Of a stretch of 64,000 bases of DNA, positions 38,683 to 49,033 are shown piece by piece. Position numbers and translations under genes: made by a program. Every line of letters starts with the position of its first letter. The stretch's first letter is position 1. The notes under the pieces are model-generated. The model worked only from the letters and a program-made list of their open reading frames with translations. It searched no databases and had not been told where the DNA came from. This stretch comes from Pseudomonadales bacterium (lineage in GTDB: Bacteria; Pseudomonadota; Gammaproteobacteria; Pseudomonadales; Azotimanducaceae): NCBI GenBank assembly GCA_965199895.1, contig CBDATJ010000002.1, forward strand, positions 77,899 to 141,898, in the 5' to 3' direction.

Positions 38683-40260
38683 TTGGCTTCAACAGACCAA
38701 CCTGCAATGACGTATCCTGGTGCCCGCCTACGGATGGGTGACTTTTACCAGAACTTCCTGGGCAATGCGCCCTACTGGTACAAGAAAACCATCTTATTGT
38801 TCCTGTTAATCAACCCTCTCCTATGGGGTATGCAGATTTTCGCACAAGGTTACGAAGTAGGAACATTCCTCTACGGGTTCTTCATGTCTTTCAAGGTGAT
38901 AGCAGGCTGGGTGCTCGTTCTACAGTTCATTTTCACCTTAGCGATGGCATTAAGGTGCTATCCACTACTCCCGGGTGGATTGTTGGCGTTAGAAGCACTC
39001 GCTCTGCGGATGACCGAAACTTCAACCGTCTATTACGAGATTCAAGGAGGTTTGAAAGTAATCCTGTTGTTGATGTTCATGGTTGCAGGAATCTACTTTA
39101 TGCGAGACCTGCTCATATTCATCTTCACCAAATTGTTCTTGAAAGTGCGCTCACACACTATGCTTTCGGTGGTATTTATTGCTGTTGCAGCAATCTTGTC
39201 TGCGTTCTTAGATGCATTGACAGTGATGGCAGTGATTATTACAGTGAGCGTCGGGTTTATCAAGGTTCTAAAAGACAATTTGACCCGTGATTATGAACAG
39301 TTTGCGAGTCGAGAGGAAGCAATCAACTTTGGTCTAGCAACCCTAGAGTTTCGTCGAGTAATGCGAGGGTTGATCATGCACGCTGCAGTGGGAACTGCAC
39401 TGGGAGGAGTGTGTACCACTGTTGGTGAGCCTCAGAACCTCTTAATTGCTGAGAAAATGGGTTGGGAGTTCATTGAGTTTGCACAACGGATGGCGATAGT
39501 TTCTATGCCTGTATTCGGTATAGGAATCTTGACCTGCATAGTTTTAGAGAAAACTGGTTGGTTTGGGTATGGACTGAGTCATCCTGACGCAGTCATACAG
39601 GCATTGCAGAGATTTAACGATACTGAAAGTGGTAAAAGAGTGGGTCGCGACAAGGCCAAACTGTTCTCGCAAGCTATTGCAGCGCTCTTCTTGGTATGCG
39701 GTCTTGTACTTCAACTCGCTGAGGTCGGATTGATTGGACTTGGAATCATTGTGATTCAAACATCACTTAATGGTGTTTCGGAAGAAAAACAAATCGGTCC
39801 AGCATTTGAGGAAGCGCTACCTTTCACGGCCTTATTGGTGGTATTCTTTGCCATAGTCGCAGTCATACATGAACTGCACCTATTTGAACCCGTGGTTTCT
39901 TATATTCTCCAACTAGACACTTCTGTACAACCCGGACTGTTCTTCGTGGCCAACGGAGTACTTTCACTCATCAGTGACAACGTATTCGTAGCCACGGTTT
40001 ACATTTCATCCATCGAAGAAGCATTTGTAGAAGGGTTGGTAACACAAGCTACATTCGATAAGTTAGCAATCGCTATCAATACAGGTACAAATATCCCAAG
40101 TATTGGTACCCCTAACGGTCAAGCAGCCTTCCTTTTCCTGCTTACTTCGTCGTTAGCTCCGCAACTAGAGCTCTCTTACATGAGGATGGTGAAACTAGCA
40201 CTACCCTACACGATTGTGCTTGGCATAACCGGTTGGATCATGGTGCACTTCTTCCTTTAA
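38683..40260 (+). CDS. nhaB: Na+/H+ antiporter NhaB
   Basis: 525 aa. The N-terminus NFLGNAPYWYKKTILLFLLINPLL matches the E. coli NhaB pattern NFLGQSPDWYK. The TTG start has AGGA upstream. Confidence 0.9.
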   Translation: MASTDQPAMTYPGARLRMGDFYQNFLGNAPYWYKKTILLFLLINPLLWGMQIFAQGYEVGTFLYGFFMSFKVIAGWVLVLQFIFTLAMALRCYPLLPGGLLALEALALRMTETSTVYYEIQGGLKVILLLMFMVAGIYFMRDLLIFIFTKLFLKVRSHTMLSVVFIAVAAILSAFLDALTVMAVIITVSVGFIKVLKDNLTRDYEQFASREEAINFGLATLEFRRVMRGLIMHAAVGTALGGVCTTVGEPQNLLIAEKMGWEFIEFAQRMAIVSMPVFGIGILTCIVLEKTGWFGYGLSHPDAVIQALQRFNDTESGKRVGRDKAKLFSQAIAALFLVCGLVLQLAEVGLIGLGIIVIQTSLNGVSEEKQIGPAFEEALPFTALLVVFFAIVAVIHELHLFEPVVSYILQLDTSVQPGLFFVANGVLSLISDNVFVATVYISSIEEAFVEGLVTQATFDKLAIAINTGTNIPSIGTPNGQAAFLFLLTSSLAPQLELSYMRMVKLALPYTIVLGITGWIMVHFFL

Positions 40261-40283
40261 TAAGCACTTAGCCCCCTAGGATC

Positions 40284-40961
40284 CTACTTCTGGTACTGCT
40301 CCAGACTCTTCATATAAGCTGTGTGAAGTTCTACTTCCTCTTCGGTAGCGTAGATGACTAAAGGCTGGTCTCGTTGCACAGTCACAGCAGTAGGTGGTTC
40401 AACCTCTAACGAGCTATCATGGGTGTCCAGTAAATCTATCTCACCAGAAGACAATCGAACATATACTAACGCTGTCAATTCAGCGTCTAGCAGAGCACTA
40501 TGCTTAGTTCGGTTACTTGCATCGATCTTCAACTTATTACACAGCGTATCTAAATCTACTCTACCACCCAATTTCTTTCGTGCTAGTGCGACCGAATCAA
40601 TGACTTCGCAGATTTCATCGACTTTAACGTCTTTGTTTGCCAACCCGAGTTCATGGTTCAAGAAGCCAATATCAAAAGTGGCGTTGTGTGCGACTAATTG
40701 GCAATCTTCCAATTCGGAAACGATCTGATCCGCTTTCTCTACAAACCGAGGTGCATCCATGAGATCATCCCAGGTCATACCATGAACTTGAACAGCTTCG
40801 CCAGCTATCTCGCGTTCAGGATTAAAGAATGAGTGAAACACTGTGCGCGTAGTCGCAAAATCACAAATCTCAACACATGCGACTTCAATGATGCGATCAC
40901 CTTCTTCGGGACTTAATCCAGTCGTTTCGGTGTCGAGGACAATGACGCGTGTATCACTCAT
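40284..40961 (-). CDS. dnaQ: DNA polymerase III epsilon subunit (3'-5' exonuclease)
   Basis: Contains Exo I VLDTETTG, Exo II HNATFDIGFL and Exo III HSALLDAELT. The start is placed at ATG 40961 (MSDTRVIVLD), which overlaps the rnhA stop by 8 nt. The ORF track start 41063 is unlikely. Confidence 0.85.
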   Translation of the reverse strand: MSDTRVIVLDTETTGLSPEEGDRIIEVACVEICDFATTRTVFHSFFNPEREIAGEAVQVHGMTWDDLMDAPRFVEKADQIVSELEDCQLVAHNATFDIGFLNHELGLANKDVKVDEICEVIDSVALARKKLGGRVDLDTLCNKLKIDASNRTKHSALLDAELTALVYVRLSSGEIDLLDTHDSSLEVEPPTAVTVQRDQPLVIYATEEEVELHTAYMKSLEQYQK

Positions 40962-41406
40962 TGCTTTTTTTATCGTCGACAGATATGGCTTGATTTCTAG
41001 AGATGGCATCCACGTGTTCGTTTTGGGGATGTCCGCTGTGTCCAGGTACCCAATGCCACTCAATTTGATGGAACGAGATCAACTGATCGAGTGATTGCCA
41101 CAAGTCTTCATTCTTTACCGGTTTCTTAGCTGCGGTCTTCCATCCATTCACTCGCCATTTATTGATATATTGAGTGATACCATCAATGAGATACTTCGAA
41201 TCTGTATATAAGTGTATATGATGAGGGTCTTCGACGTACTCTAATCCACGAATTGCAGCTAAAAGCTCCATTCGGTTGTTGGTCGTGTCGCGGTCTGCGC
41301 CCGAAATCGTAAACGATTCACCACCAAACTCAATGAGTGCAGCCCATCCACCAGGTCCTGGATTACCTAGACAGGCACCATCGGTATAGATGCTCACACT
41401 CTCCAT
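40954..41406 (-). CDS. rnhA: ribonuclease HI
   Basis: 150 aa. Contains IYTDGACLGNPGPGGWA, TNNRMEL and W.WV.GH.GH..NE..D. Confidence 0.9.
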   Translation of the reverse strand: MESVSIYTDGACLGNPGPGGWAALIEFGGESFTISGADRDTTNNRMELLAAIRGLEYVEDPHHIHLYTDSKYLIDGITQYINKWRVNGWKTAAKKPVKNEDLWQSLDQLISFHQIEWHWVPGHSGHPQNEHVDAISRNQAISVDDKKSNE

Positions 41407-41439
41407 AAAGCTTGAACGAAACTAGTAGAGGTCGTTAGA

Positions 41440-43356
41440 TTAGGAATCTGAAGGAATATTGATCCTAATCTTTGCAGTATCTCGAAGTGCTTTGACAAAG
41501 CTCTTTATTTCTCGACTCTCGTTTTGGATTTCGAGTGAGGTTTCCAAAGAGGTCTGTTCAGTTTCTGGAAGTTCGTTCCACATTCCAGGAATCACTGCAG
41601 AAACCACCACAATAGACCTATCTCTCGATAAGCCATCCGCCACAAGAATTTCTCTTTCCCCTTCGGGAAGCGTGCGCACGCTAAACGCAGCCTCTCGAAT
41701 GGCTCTAGGAACGTCTGGATCAAATTGTTCCATCCCGTCTACAGTTTTCCACTGAAGCCCAAATTCAAGTGCTACTGCGGTGAAATTCTCTTCGGTTTCA
41801 TCAATTCTCTCCCTAGCTGCATCACGATCTGCTTGCGCTCTACGAGCAGATTCTTCTCGTCTGAGTTTAGCTGCAATAAGCGTGCTCACTGCTTCTAGCG
41901 GTTTCAGTTCTGGTGCAGTGGTGGAAACTAACCGACCTACCAAAGTTTGTCGTTCATCGACGGTAATCGGGACACTGTTAAATCCGTTTTCTAATACGTC
42001 CGGAACAAACAATTGAGCACGAACATCACTCGAACTCAATAACCCATCACCGCTAAACGGAGTGACTCCGCCTTGGGTCTGGATGTTCAAACCGAAGGTT
42101 TCAGCTACAGCGTCCAATGAAGTTGCGTAATCGCTCTCAAAGGTAAGAGTTTCAAACTCTCTGAGCTGCTCTTCATACATCGGAGTTGCTTTTTCCTCCA
42201 ATATACCTTGTCGGATCTCCTCGAACTTCTCCTCTAGAGCTGTCTCATCAACTTCTGCGATTTCGTTTAACTTGATAAGATGTACACCAAACTGTGTGAC
42301 AACTGGTTCGGAGACTTCTTCTATTTCAAGACCGAAAAGTGCGTCTTCAAACGTAGGGACGTAGATGCCGCGACCAGCAAATCCGAGGTCACCACCCAAG
42401 AGATTGTTACTCTCATCTTCAGAATACTCCACTGCAAGAGTGTCAAATAGTTCCCCTTCCATGTATTGTCGACGGATGTCAGCCGCCTGCTCTAACGCTT
42501 CCTCTTCAGTTCGAGAATCATCCACCCTCAAGAGTATATGCTGAGCCTTTCTCTCAGCATCAATTCTCGCTTGTTCTCGCTCTTCTTCGAAAGCTAATTT
42601 GACATCTTCACCCGTAATTTCAAACTGGTCAGTAAAGTCTGCTTTCGATAGTACCACATATTCAAACTCGTACTCTTCATCCGTCATAAACTCATCGGGG
42701 TTTTCATCGTAATAACTACCTATTTCCTCCTCAGTGGGCTCAATGAGTGGAACGTAAGAGGTGGCTTCAAACAGCAAGTAGGCAATATTGCGAGTCTGTC
42801 GTTCAACCGTTGCCTCATCCCTTAGTTCTCGTGTCGTCGTAAAGGAAGTATCCTTTTGTAGATTCCACAATTGCTCTACAAGATTGTCATTACGAATCTC
42901 TCTTTCCCAAGATTCTGGTGTGTATCCCATGCTACCGATAATGGATGTAAATCGGCCTTCACTAAACACACCATCATCTTGGAAGATTTCGTTAGAAAGC
43001 AAATCTGACAGATACTTTTCTCGAGACGATGCCATCCCAAGATCTACCGCTTTCTGTCGATACAGATAGTTCTCTATCAATTGATCCAATACTTCGGATT
43101 CGCGAACGAGTGAATCAATGAGCTCTGGATCAGCGTCCTCTCCATAACGTTGTGCCACTTGCAAGCGTTCGACATTGGTTGCTAACACTAGTCTTGCTTC
43201 GGTGATATCTTCACCATTTACGACTGCAGCAGCAGGTTCATTCACTGTGAATAGATTGAAAGCTCCAAAACCAAATACCACCAATACAAAACATATGATT
43301 GCGGCAAGAACCTTTGCTCCTGCTGTTTGAGCTTTTACGCGTATCTTTTGTAGCAC
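41440..43356 (-). CDS. ppiD: periplasmic chaperone PpiD (parvulin-like PPIase domain)
   Basis: 638 aa with an N-terminal TM anchor, a SurA-like N-domain and a parvulin segment (AQHILL......GGDLGF...G). It sits after hupB, as in other Gammaproteobacteria. Confidence 0.85.
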   Translation of the reverse strand: MLQKIRVKAQTAGAKVLAAIICFVLVVFGFGAFNLFTVNEPAAAVVNGEDITEARLVLATNVERLQVAQRYGEDADPELIDSLVRESEVLDQLIENYLYRQKAVDLGMASSREKYLSDLLSNEIFQDDGVFSEGRFTSIIGSMGYTPESWEREIRNDNLVEQLWNLQKDTSFTTTRELRDEATVERQTRNIAYLLFEATSYVPLIEPTEEEIGSYYDENPDEFMTDEEYEFEYVVLSKADFTDQFEITGEDVKLAFEEEREQARIDAERKAQHILLRVDDSRTEEEALEQAADIRRQYMEGELFDTLAVEYSEDESNNLLGGDLGFAGRGIYVPTFEDALFGLEIEEVSEPVVTQFGVHLIKLNEIAEVDETALEEKFEEIRQGILEEKATPMYEEQLREFETLTFESDYATSLDAVAETFGLNIQTQGGVTPFSGDGLLSSSDVRAQLFVPDVLENGFNSVPITVDERQTLVGRLVSTTAPELKPLEAVSTLIAAKLRREESARRAQADRDAARERIDETEENFTAVALEFGLQWKTVDGMEQFDPDVPRAIREAAFSVRTLPEGEREILVADGLSRDRSIVVVSAVIPGMWNELPETEQTSLETSLEIQNESREIKSFVKALRDTAKIRINIPSDS

Positions 43357-43416
43357 AAATTACCTCAAGTTATAGAGAACCATCCGATAAATGAGTGAAC
43401 TCAGTAGATTCAGTTG

Positions 43417-43692
43417 TCAAGAGTTGACCGCTTGAGAGAGTGCCTTACTAGCTTTGAAAACTACTTGCTTTCGCGCCGGTACTTGAACAGGTTCACCGGT
43501 TTTTGGGTGTCGTCCAGTATAAGCAGCTCGATCTCGTACTACCAGGGTGCAAAACCCCATAAGAACTACCATGTCGCCTTCCGTCAGGGCGTTGGTAATT
43601 CCGCCAATGACAGCACTCACCGCTGCTGTGGCATCCTTCTTGGACATCCCTGTTTCTTGTTGTACGTGTGCGATTAAATCTCGTCGTTGCAT
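43417..43692 (-). CDS. hupB: DNA-binding protein HU
   Basis: 91 aa with an HU/IHF pattern (R...TGRHPKTGE...VPA..V..FKASKAL). Confidence 0.9.
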   Translation of the reverse strand: MQRRDLIAHVQQETGMSKKDATAAVSAVIGGITNALTEGDMVVLMGFCTLVVRDRAAYTGRHPKTGEPVQVPARKQVVFKASKALSQAVNS

Positions 43693-43719
43693 GTTGTGTT
43701 TATCCTCAATGCAAAAAAT

Positions 43720-43756
43720 TGTTAAAAAGAAGATTACCTGATTGCTTACCAGGCAA
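43720..43756 (-). terminator. candidate intrinsic terminator after clpX
   Basis: On the minus strand: UUGCCUG-GUAAGCAAU-CAGGUAA, a 7-bp stem with one G-U pair, followed by UCUUCUUUUU. Confidence 0.4.
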
Positions 43757-43806
43757 CGAACGGATTCATACTGAAGGCGTACTCCTTGTGTGTCATCTAG
43801 CAGGAT

Positions 43807-45069
43807 TTATCCGTTCACCAATAAAGGTTGTTTAGTCTTTTTCTCCCTCAAAATCAGGATAGGGTTATATTCACCCGAAATTACTTTACCATCGACCACG
43901 ATCTTTTCAACATCACCCGCCGAGGGTACATCAAACATAGTGTCTAGCAAAACAGATTCCATAACCGAACGTAGTCCACGTGCTCCTGTTTTGCGTTCCA
44001 TTGCTTTCTTTGCGATTGACTGAATCGCATCTTTTTTGAACTCAATAATGACATCTTCCATCTTGAATAGCTCTGTGTACTGCTTGGTCAGTGCATTCTT
44101 GGGTTCGGTCAGAATGCGTACCAAAGCATCTTCATCAAGTGCCTCCAAAGTCGCGACCACGGGTAGCCTACCCACAAACTCGGGTATCAATCCAAAACGA
44201 ATCAAATCTTCGGGCAAAACTTGCTTGAGCATCACATCAATATCCTTTATGTCGCTTTCGCCCGTTATCATTGCTTCAAACCCAATTCCACTCTCCCGTG
44301 TACGGTCTAGGATTACTTTTTCCAAGCCGTCGAACGCACCTCCGCAAATGAATAGGATATTGGAAGTATCAACTTGCAGATACTCACCTTGAGGGTGTTT
44401 ACGAGCACCGTGAGGCTGAATAGAAGCAATAGTCCCTTCGATTAACTTAAGCAGTGCTTGTTGCACACCCTCTCCCGATACATCTCGGGTGATTGAAGGA
44501 TTGTCTGATTTACGAGAAATCTTGTCTATTTCGTCGATGTAAACAATGCCTTTTTGTGCCTTTTCGATGTCGTATTCGCAGTTTTGCAGGAGTTTTTGTA
44601 CGATGTTTTCAACATCTTCACCCACATAACCCGCTTCAGTCAAAGTAGTTGCATCTGCGATACAAAACGGAACATCCATCAGTCGAGCTAAGGTCTCAGC
44701 AAGTAGGGTTTTTCCACAACCGGTAGGACCTACAAGGAGAATGTTTGCTTTAGCGATCTCTACACCTCCGGTGTTACCTGCTCGGATACGCTTATAGTGT
44801 GTGTAGACAGCAACCGAAAGTACACGTTTAGCGAATTCTTGACCTATGACAAAGTCGTCGAGCTGTTTCTTTATCTCAGAAGGCAGAGGTAACCGAGCGC
44901 TTTTAGTCTCTTGAGCGTCTGGTTTGAGTTCCTCATGGATCATCTCGACACAAACATCAACACACTCGTTGCAGATGTACACAGAAGGACCGCCAGAAAT
45001 CAGTTTTCTGACTTCAAACTGACTTTTCTCGCAAAATGAGCAGAACGCGCGTCCTGAGTTGCTACTCAT
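43807..45069 (-). CDS. clpX: ATP-dependent Clp protease ATP-binding subunit ClpX
   Basis: Contains the zinc finger CSFC...CNEC, Walker A GPTGCGKT and the IGF-loop region. Confidence 0.95.
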   Translation of the reverse strand: MSSNSGRAFCSFCEKSQFEVRKLISGGPSVYICNECVDVCVEMIHEELKPDAQETKSARLPLPSEIKKQLDDFVIGQEFAKRVLSVAVYTHYKRIRAGNTGGVEIAKANILLVGPTGCGKTLLAETLARLMDVPFCIADATTLTEAGYVGEDVENIVQKLLQNCEYDIEKAQKGIVYIDEIDKISRKSDNPSITRDVSGEGVQQALLKLIEGTIASIQPHGARKHPQGEYLQVDTSNILFICGGAFDGLEKVILDRTRESGIGFEAMITGESDIKDIDVMLKQVLPEDLIRFGLIPEFVGRLPVVATLEALDEDALVRILTEPKNALTKQYTELFKMEDVIIEFKKDAIQSIAKKAMERKTGARGLRSVMESVLLDTMFDVPSAGDVEKIVVDGKVISGEYNPILILREKKTKQPLLVNG

Positions 45070-45264
45070 CTAAGAAATTCTCCCACTTAGGTGCTCTCGA
45101 ACAGTCATGTACGACCCTACCCGACTCTATTACCCATCAAATCTCAGATCAAGATATAAGTATAAGTACTACACTGGATTCTGAGTACTCTCAATCCTCG
45201 TTTTAAGTTGAAGTCTTTCAATAACATGGTGAAATGATTCGATTGACCCGAACAAATCAAGTAA

Positions 45265-45912
45265 TTAGACTTTTTCGACCGGCCGTATTTCTCCTTTCTT
45301 CCTAGTATTGCGAACCATGTCAATTAATCCGTAAGAATGAGCTTCTTCCGCAGACATCCAGTAGTCTCTATCTGTGTCTTTGCTGATGCGATCTTTAGTT
45401 TGACCGGTGTGAGACGCAAGGATTTCATTGAGTCGATCTTTGGTTTTCAACATCTCTCTTGCTTGGATCTCGATATCGGTAGCAGTACCTTGTGAACCCC
45501 CACTAGGTTGGTGCAACATGATGCGTGAATTGGGGAGTGCAGAACGCTTACCATGTGCACCAGCAGCCAACAAAAATGCTCCCATACTTGCAGCTTGACC
45601 CACACAGGTAGTTGCTACATCAGAACGAATGTACTGCATAGTATCATAGATGGAGAGGCCTGATGATACTGCTCCGCCTGGTGAGTTGATATAGAGATGG
45701 ATGTCCTTGTCTGGGTTTTCGGACTCACACCAAAGTAGTTGAGCCACCACCACATTAGCGACGGCATCGGTGACAACATCAGCCAAAAAGATGATTCGTT
45801 CCTTTAATAGACGTGAGTAAATGTCATAGGAACGTTCTCCTCTTGCACTTTGTTCTAAGACTACAGGGACGAAGTTCATTCCGTGGGTTGTGCTTCGATT
45901 TTTATCAGTCAT
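45265..45912 (-). CDS. clpP: ATP-dependent Clp protease proteolytic subunit ClpP
   Basis: Contains [22 protein letters not shown], catalytic Ser in GQAASMG and His in MLHQPSGG. The ATG at 45912 gives a propeptide length like that of E. coli and overlaps the tig stop by 8 nt. Confidence 0.9.
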   Translation of the reverse strand: MTDKNRSTTHGMNFVPVVLEQSARGERSYDIYSRLLKERIIFLADVVTDAVANVVVAQLLWCESENPDKDIHLYINSPGGAVSSGLSIYDTMQYIRSDVATTCVGQAASMGAFLLAAGAHGKRSALPNSRIMLHQPSGGSQGTATDIEIQAREMLKTKDRLNEILASHTGQTKDRISKDTDRDYWMSAEEAHSYGLIDMVRNTRKKGEIRPVEKV

Positions 45913-47647
45913 TCTTAAGTCCAAAGTGCTTGCGCATAAACTTTCCAATCCAAGTTGATTGTTTCTCTTTCTCGTCGACTAAAACTTCGCTCTCTTGAGA
46001 ACCAATTTCAGCGAAGTCACCAGCATCTACTTCTTCAGATTCACCTGTCCACTGTCGCTGTAAGCGCTCTTCTTCTGATACTGCAGCTTCAATTTCTTCG
46101 GGAGTCACCGGCGCAGTCCATTCATAGGGACCACCCCTGGGTTTGATTTCCTGCCAAAATTCTTGACTAAACAATTCTACAAAATCGAAGTAACTTAACT
46201 CCATTTCCACAAGATGCACTTTTGATTGCATATGTTCAATTGCTTGATTCGACAGAACTCTAGAACGAATGCGGTTGGTAGTTTCTGGTTTGAATACTGT
46301 TTCCGGATCTCCACCGTGTTGCAGAATCGACTGATGCAACCCTGCTAGCTCTTTATCAAACTCTGCTCTATCTAGCTGAATTTCGTTGTCTCTCAGATAC
46401 TGCTGAATGATGAGCTGACTGAGCATGTTCATTCGAACGTTCCTAAATGCAGTGTCCGAATACAGCTTGCTCTCGAAATCTTCTTCCTGCCTCAACCGTT
46501 CACTATCTGCGTATTGAGAGAACTCTTGGTCAATTTGGTTTCGTAGAAACTCTTCTGAAAAATCCACAGGATTCATTTCAGCAAGCTGTGCTATCAATTG
46601 ACTAGCAACTACCTTTTCGGCTTTCTCTTGGGCATCTGCTTCATAGTTCAGTCTAGCTTTGTCCTTGAAATCTTCTAGACTCTCAACTCCCGGAACTGTG
46701 TTGTCATCAAAGTACTCCTGCGTGAGGTCTCCCAAAGTAGGTTCTAGAATCTCTTTGATCTCAACTTCAAAGTGTAGCTTTGCGAAGTTCTGTAACGATT
46801 CCGTAGCGATACGAGGTACTTGAGCTTCTTTGAGCATATCAGCTTCGGCATCCTCCTGGGTGCTCGCGTGTTCATCTTCAGCGGTGTTGGTTCCTGGAAG
46901 CTTTCTATCCTCTACAAGTACAAGCGCTTCAAATCCAGTCTCACTGCCTGGTTCAAATTCCTTTTCAACAATAAACTTATCCCCCACTTTCTTTGCGAGA
47001 AGTCCATTCTGAATGTGTTGTGCAATGCTGAACCGACTATAACCCAGTTCATTCATGTAGATGAGTCGTTCACCTTGGTAGTCTTCGGGAAGATTGCTGT
47101 TAACGACTCCACCTGCTTGTCGCATTTGGGTACCAAGATCTTTTACTTCGACTCGGATATGGTCCTTATCGTTAATTTCTCGAACTACTTTCTCTGTGGT
47201 TCCGATATTCCGCTCCAACATTCGCACCGCAGTCTGAATATCTTCGTCTCTTACTCTGACTACCGGTTTTAGGATGTTCAGTTGTTGCAATTGATCAAGG
47301 TTTAATTTAGGTGCCTCGATCACATCCAAGACATATTCGAGGTGTCCATCATCCGAGTGAAACCGCTCATCAATCTCAAGAACACTAAAGACATTGAGGT
47401 TTTCAGTCGAGACTGCTTCGTTAAATTTGGATTGAACGGATTCTTTACGGATTTCAACCAATAATTCAGTGTGGTATCGATCTCTGATCAGTGAAATGGG
47501 TACACGACCCGGTCGAAAACCAGGAATCCTTGCTTTGGACGCTATCTCTCGAGCCTTTGAGTTAAGCAAGTCCTCTGTTTCTTCAGAGCTCAGGTTAATC
47601 CTGAGTCTACGTTTGAGATTGTCTAATGGCGATACTGAGGTTTGCAA
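45905..47647 (-). CDS. tig: trigger factor (unusually long, 580 aa)
   Basis: The TTG start gives [19 protein letters not shown], matching E. coli MQVSVETTQGLGRRVTI. It has the ribosome-binding motif GFRPGRVP. The FKBP-like middle is divergent, with an acidic insert and a C-terminal extension. Confidence 0.85.
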   Translation of the reverse strand: MQTSVSPLDNLKRRLRINLSSEETEDLLNSKAREIASKARIPGFRPGRVPISLIRDRYHTELLVEIRKESVQSKFNEAVSTENLNVFSVLEIDERFHSDDGHLEYVLDVIEAPKLNLDQLQQLNILKPVVRVRDEDIQTAVRMLERNIGTTEKVVREINDKDHIRVEVKDLGTQMRQAGGVVNSNLPEDYQGERLIYMNELGYSRFSIAQHIQNGLLAKKVGDKFIVEKEFEPGSETGFEALVLVEDRKLPGTNTAEDEHASTQEDAEADMLKEAQVPRIATESLQNFAKLHFEVEIKEILEPTLGDLTQEYFDDNTVPGVESLEDFKDKARLNYEADAQEKAEKVVASQLIAQLAEMNPVDFSEEFLRNQIDQEFSQYADSERLRQEEDFESKLYSDTAFRNVRMNMLSQLIIQQYLRDNEIQLDRAEFDKELAGLHQSILQHGGDPETVFKPETTNRIRSRVLSNQAIEHMQSKVHLVEMELSYFDFVELFSQEFWQEIKPRGGPYEWTAPVTPEEIEAAVSEEERLQRQWTGESEEVDAGDFAEIGSQESEVLVDEKEKQSTWIGKFMRKHFGLKND

Positions 47648-47683
47648 TGCTCTAGTTTTTTATTCATTTTGAGTTGCGTATTT

Positions 47684-47760
47684 TGGGGTGGATGATGGGG
47701 CTCGAACCCACGACAACCAGATCCACATTCTGGGGCTCTACCAACTGAGCTACATCCACC
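47684..47760 (-). tRNA. tRNA-His (anticodon GTG) with encoded G-1 and CCA
   Basis: Hand-folded cloverleaf: G-GTGGATG TA GCTC AGTTGGTA GAGC C CCAGA ATGTGGA TCTGG TTGTC GTGGG TTCGAGC CCCAT CATCCAC C CCA. It is close to E. coli hisR. Confidence 0.9.
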
Positions 47761-47883
47761 ATAAACTTCGAAATCGAACCATCGAAGCAATGAGCAGTTC
47801 GTCGTTCAGTAACAAACTCGGAGTGGACTTCAGATTTTACGAAACTACCGAGTCATCCCCCCTCCCTAGTGGGTCGCGCCTAG

Positions 47884-47960
47884 TGGCACGCCCGGAAGGA
47901 CTCGAACCTTCACCCCTCGGCTTAGAAGGCCGATGCTCTATCCAATTGAGCTACGGGCGC
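47884..47960 (-). tRNA. tRNA-Arg (anticodon TCT)
   Basis: Hand-folded: GCGCCCG TA GCTC AATTGGATA GAGC A TCGGC CTTCTAA GCCGA GGGGT GAAGG TTCGAGT CCTTC CGGGCGT G CCA. Confidence 0.9.
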
Positions 47961-47979
47961 ATAGTTAGTGTTGAAAACA

Positions 47980-48056
<77 letters not shown>

Positions 48057-48178
48057 ATGATGTCTTTCAGGTGGATATGCTACCCAAAACTACATTAAAC
48101 CCACATTATCACTGGAATAAAAGTAGTGAGTTTCTTGTGCAAAATAACTTCGAAATGAACTAGGATTTCAGTGAATAT

Positions 48179-49033
48179 ATGACCAGCCGCCTATTGAATG
48201 GTACGAACATAGCCAAAACAATACGACAAGATGTCGCTATTCAGGTTCAACAGTTGTCATCGGAATATGGATTCCAACCAGGTTTAACGGTCATTTTGGT
48301 TGGGAATGATCCGGCTTCCACACTTTATGTCAAACTAAAACAGCGTGATTGCTTAAAAGCAGGAATCGCCTGTGAAGTGTTAGAGCTTCCGGAATCTATA
48401 GATCAAGACGAATTGATTTCCATCATTGAGAAGTTGAACAACTCCAAAGAAATCCATGGCATATTACTCCAACTTCCCTTACCAAAGCATCTCAACCCCT
48501 CTCAAATCGTCGAGCGAATCGACCCGGCTAAAGATGTCGATGGAATCACGCCACTCAATCTTGGTAAATTGGCCCTGAGAGAACCCGGTCATAGATGTTG
48601 TACTCCTAAAGGAGTCATAACACTGCTAGAACATACTGAGGTGAATTTACTTGGTCTTAATGCAGCAGTTGTGGGTGCATCAAACCATGTTGGTCGACCC
48701 ATGTGTCTGGAACTCCTAATGCGAGGTTGTACGGTGACCGTAGCACACCAATACTCCAATGAACCATGGTTACAAACTCGACACGCAGATGTGTTGGTTA
48801 CCGCTACGGGAGTTGCAGGACTCATTCAAAAACACTGGATCAAAGAGGGAGCTATCGTCATTGATGTGGGCATCGAAACGCAGCCGGATGGTACACTCCG
48901 TGGTGATGTAGCCTTCGATGAAGTTGCACCATTGACTTCTTGGATCACACCTGTTCCTGGAGGTGTCGGTCCTATGACACGAGTTTCCATATTGCAAAAC
49001 CTATTGGACTCCTACAAAGCGGCTAATTCGTGA
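48179..49033 (+). CDS. folD: bifunctional methylenetetrahydrofolate dehydrogenase/cyclohydrolase
   Basis: 284 aa. Contains LLQLPLP, DVDG, CTP.G and VPGGVGPMT motifs. Confidence 0.9.
   Translation: MTSRLLNGTNIAKTIRQDVAIQVQQLSSEYGFQPGLTVILVGNDPASTLYVKLKQRDCLKAGIACEVLELPESIDQDELISIIEKLNNSKEIHGILLQLPLPKHLNPSQIVERIDPAKDVDGITPLNLGKLALREPGHRCCTPKGVITLLEHTEVNLLGLNAAVVGASNHVGRPMCLELLMRGCTVTVAHQYSNEPWLQTRHADVLVTATGVAGLIQKHWIKEGAIVIDVGIETQPDGTLRGDVAFDEVAPLTSWITPVPGGVGPMTRVSILQNLLDSYKAANS

Noticed and set aside
47761-47883. Possible fourth, degenerate tRNA (GGTAG and GGTTCGATT strings) in the Arg-His spacer
   Set aside because: I could not fold an acceptor stem or anticodon arm, and the spacing between the D-like and T-like strings is too long. 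It is kept only as a note under the tRNA operon finding.
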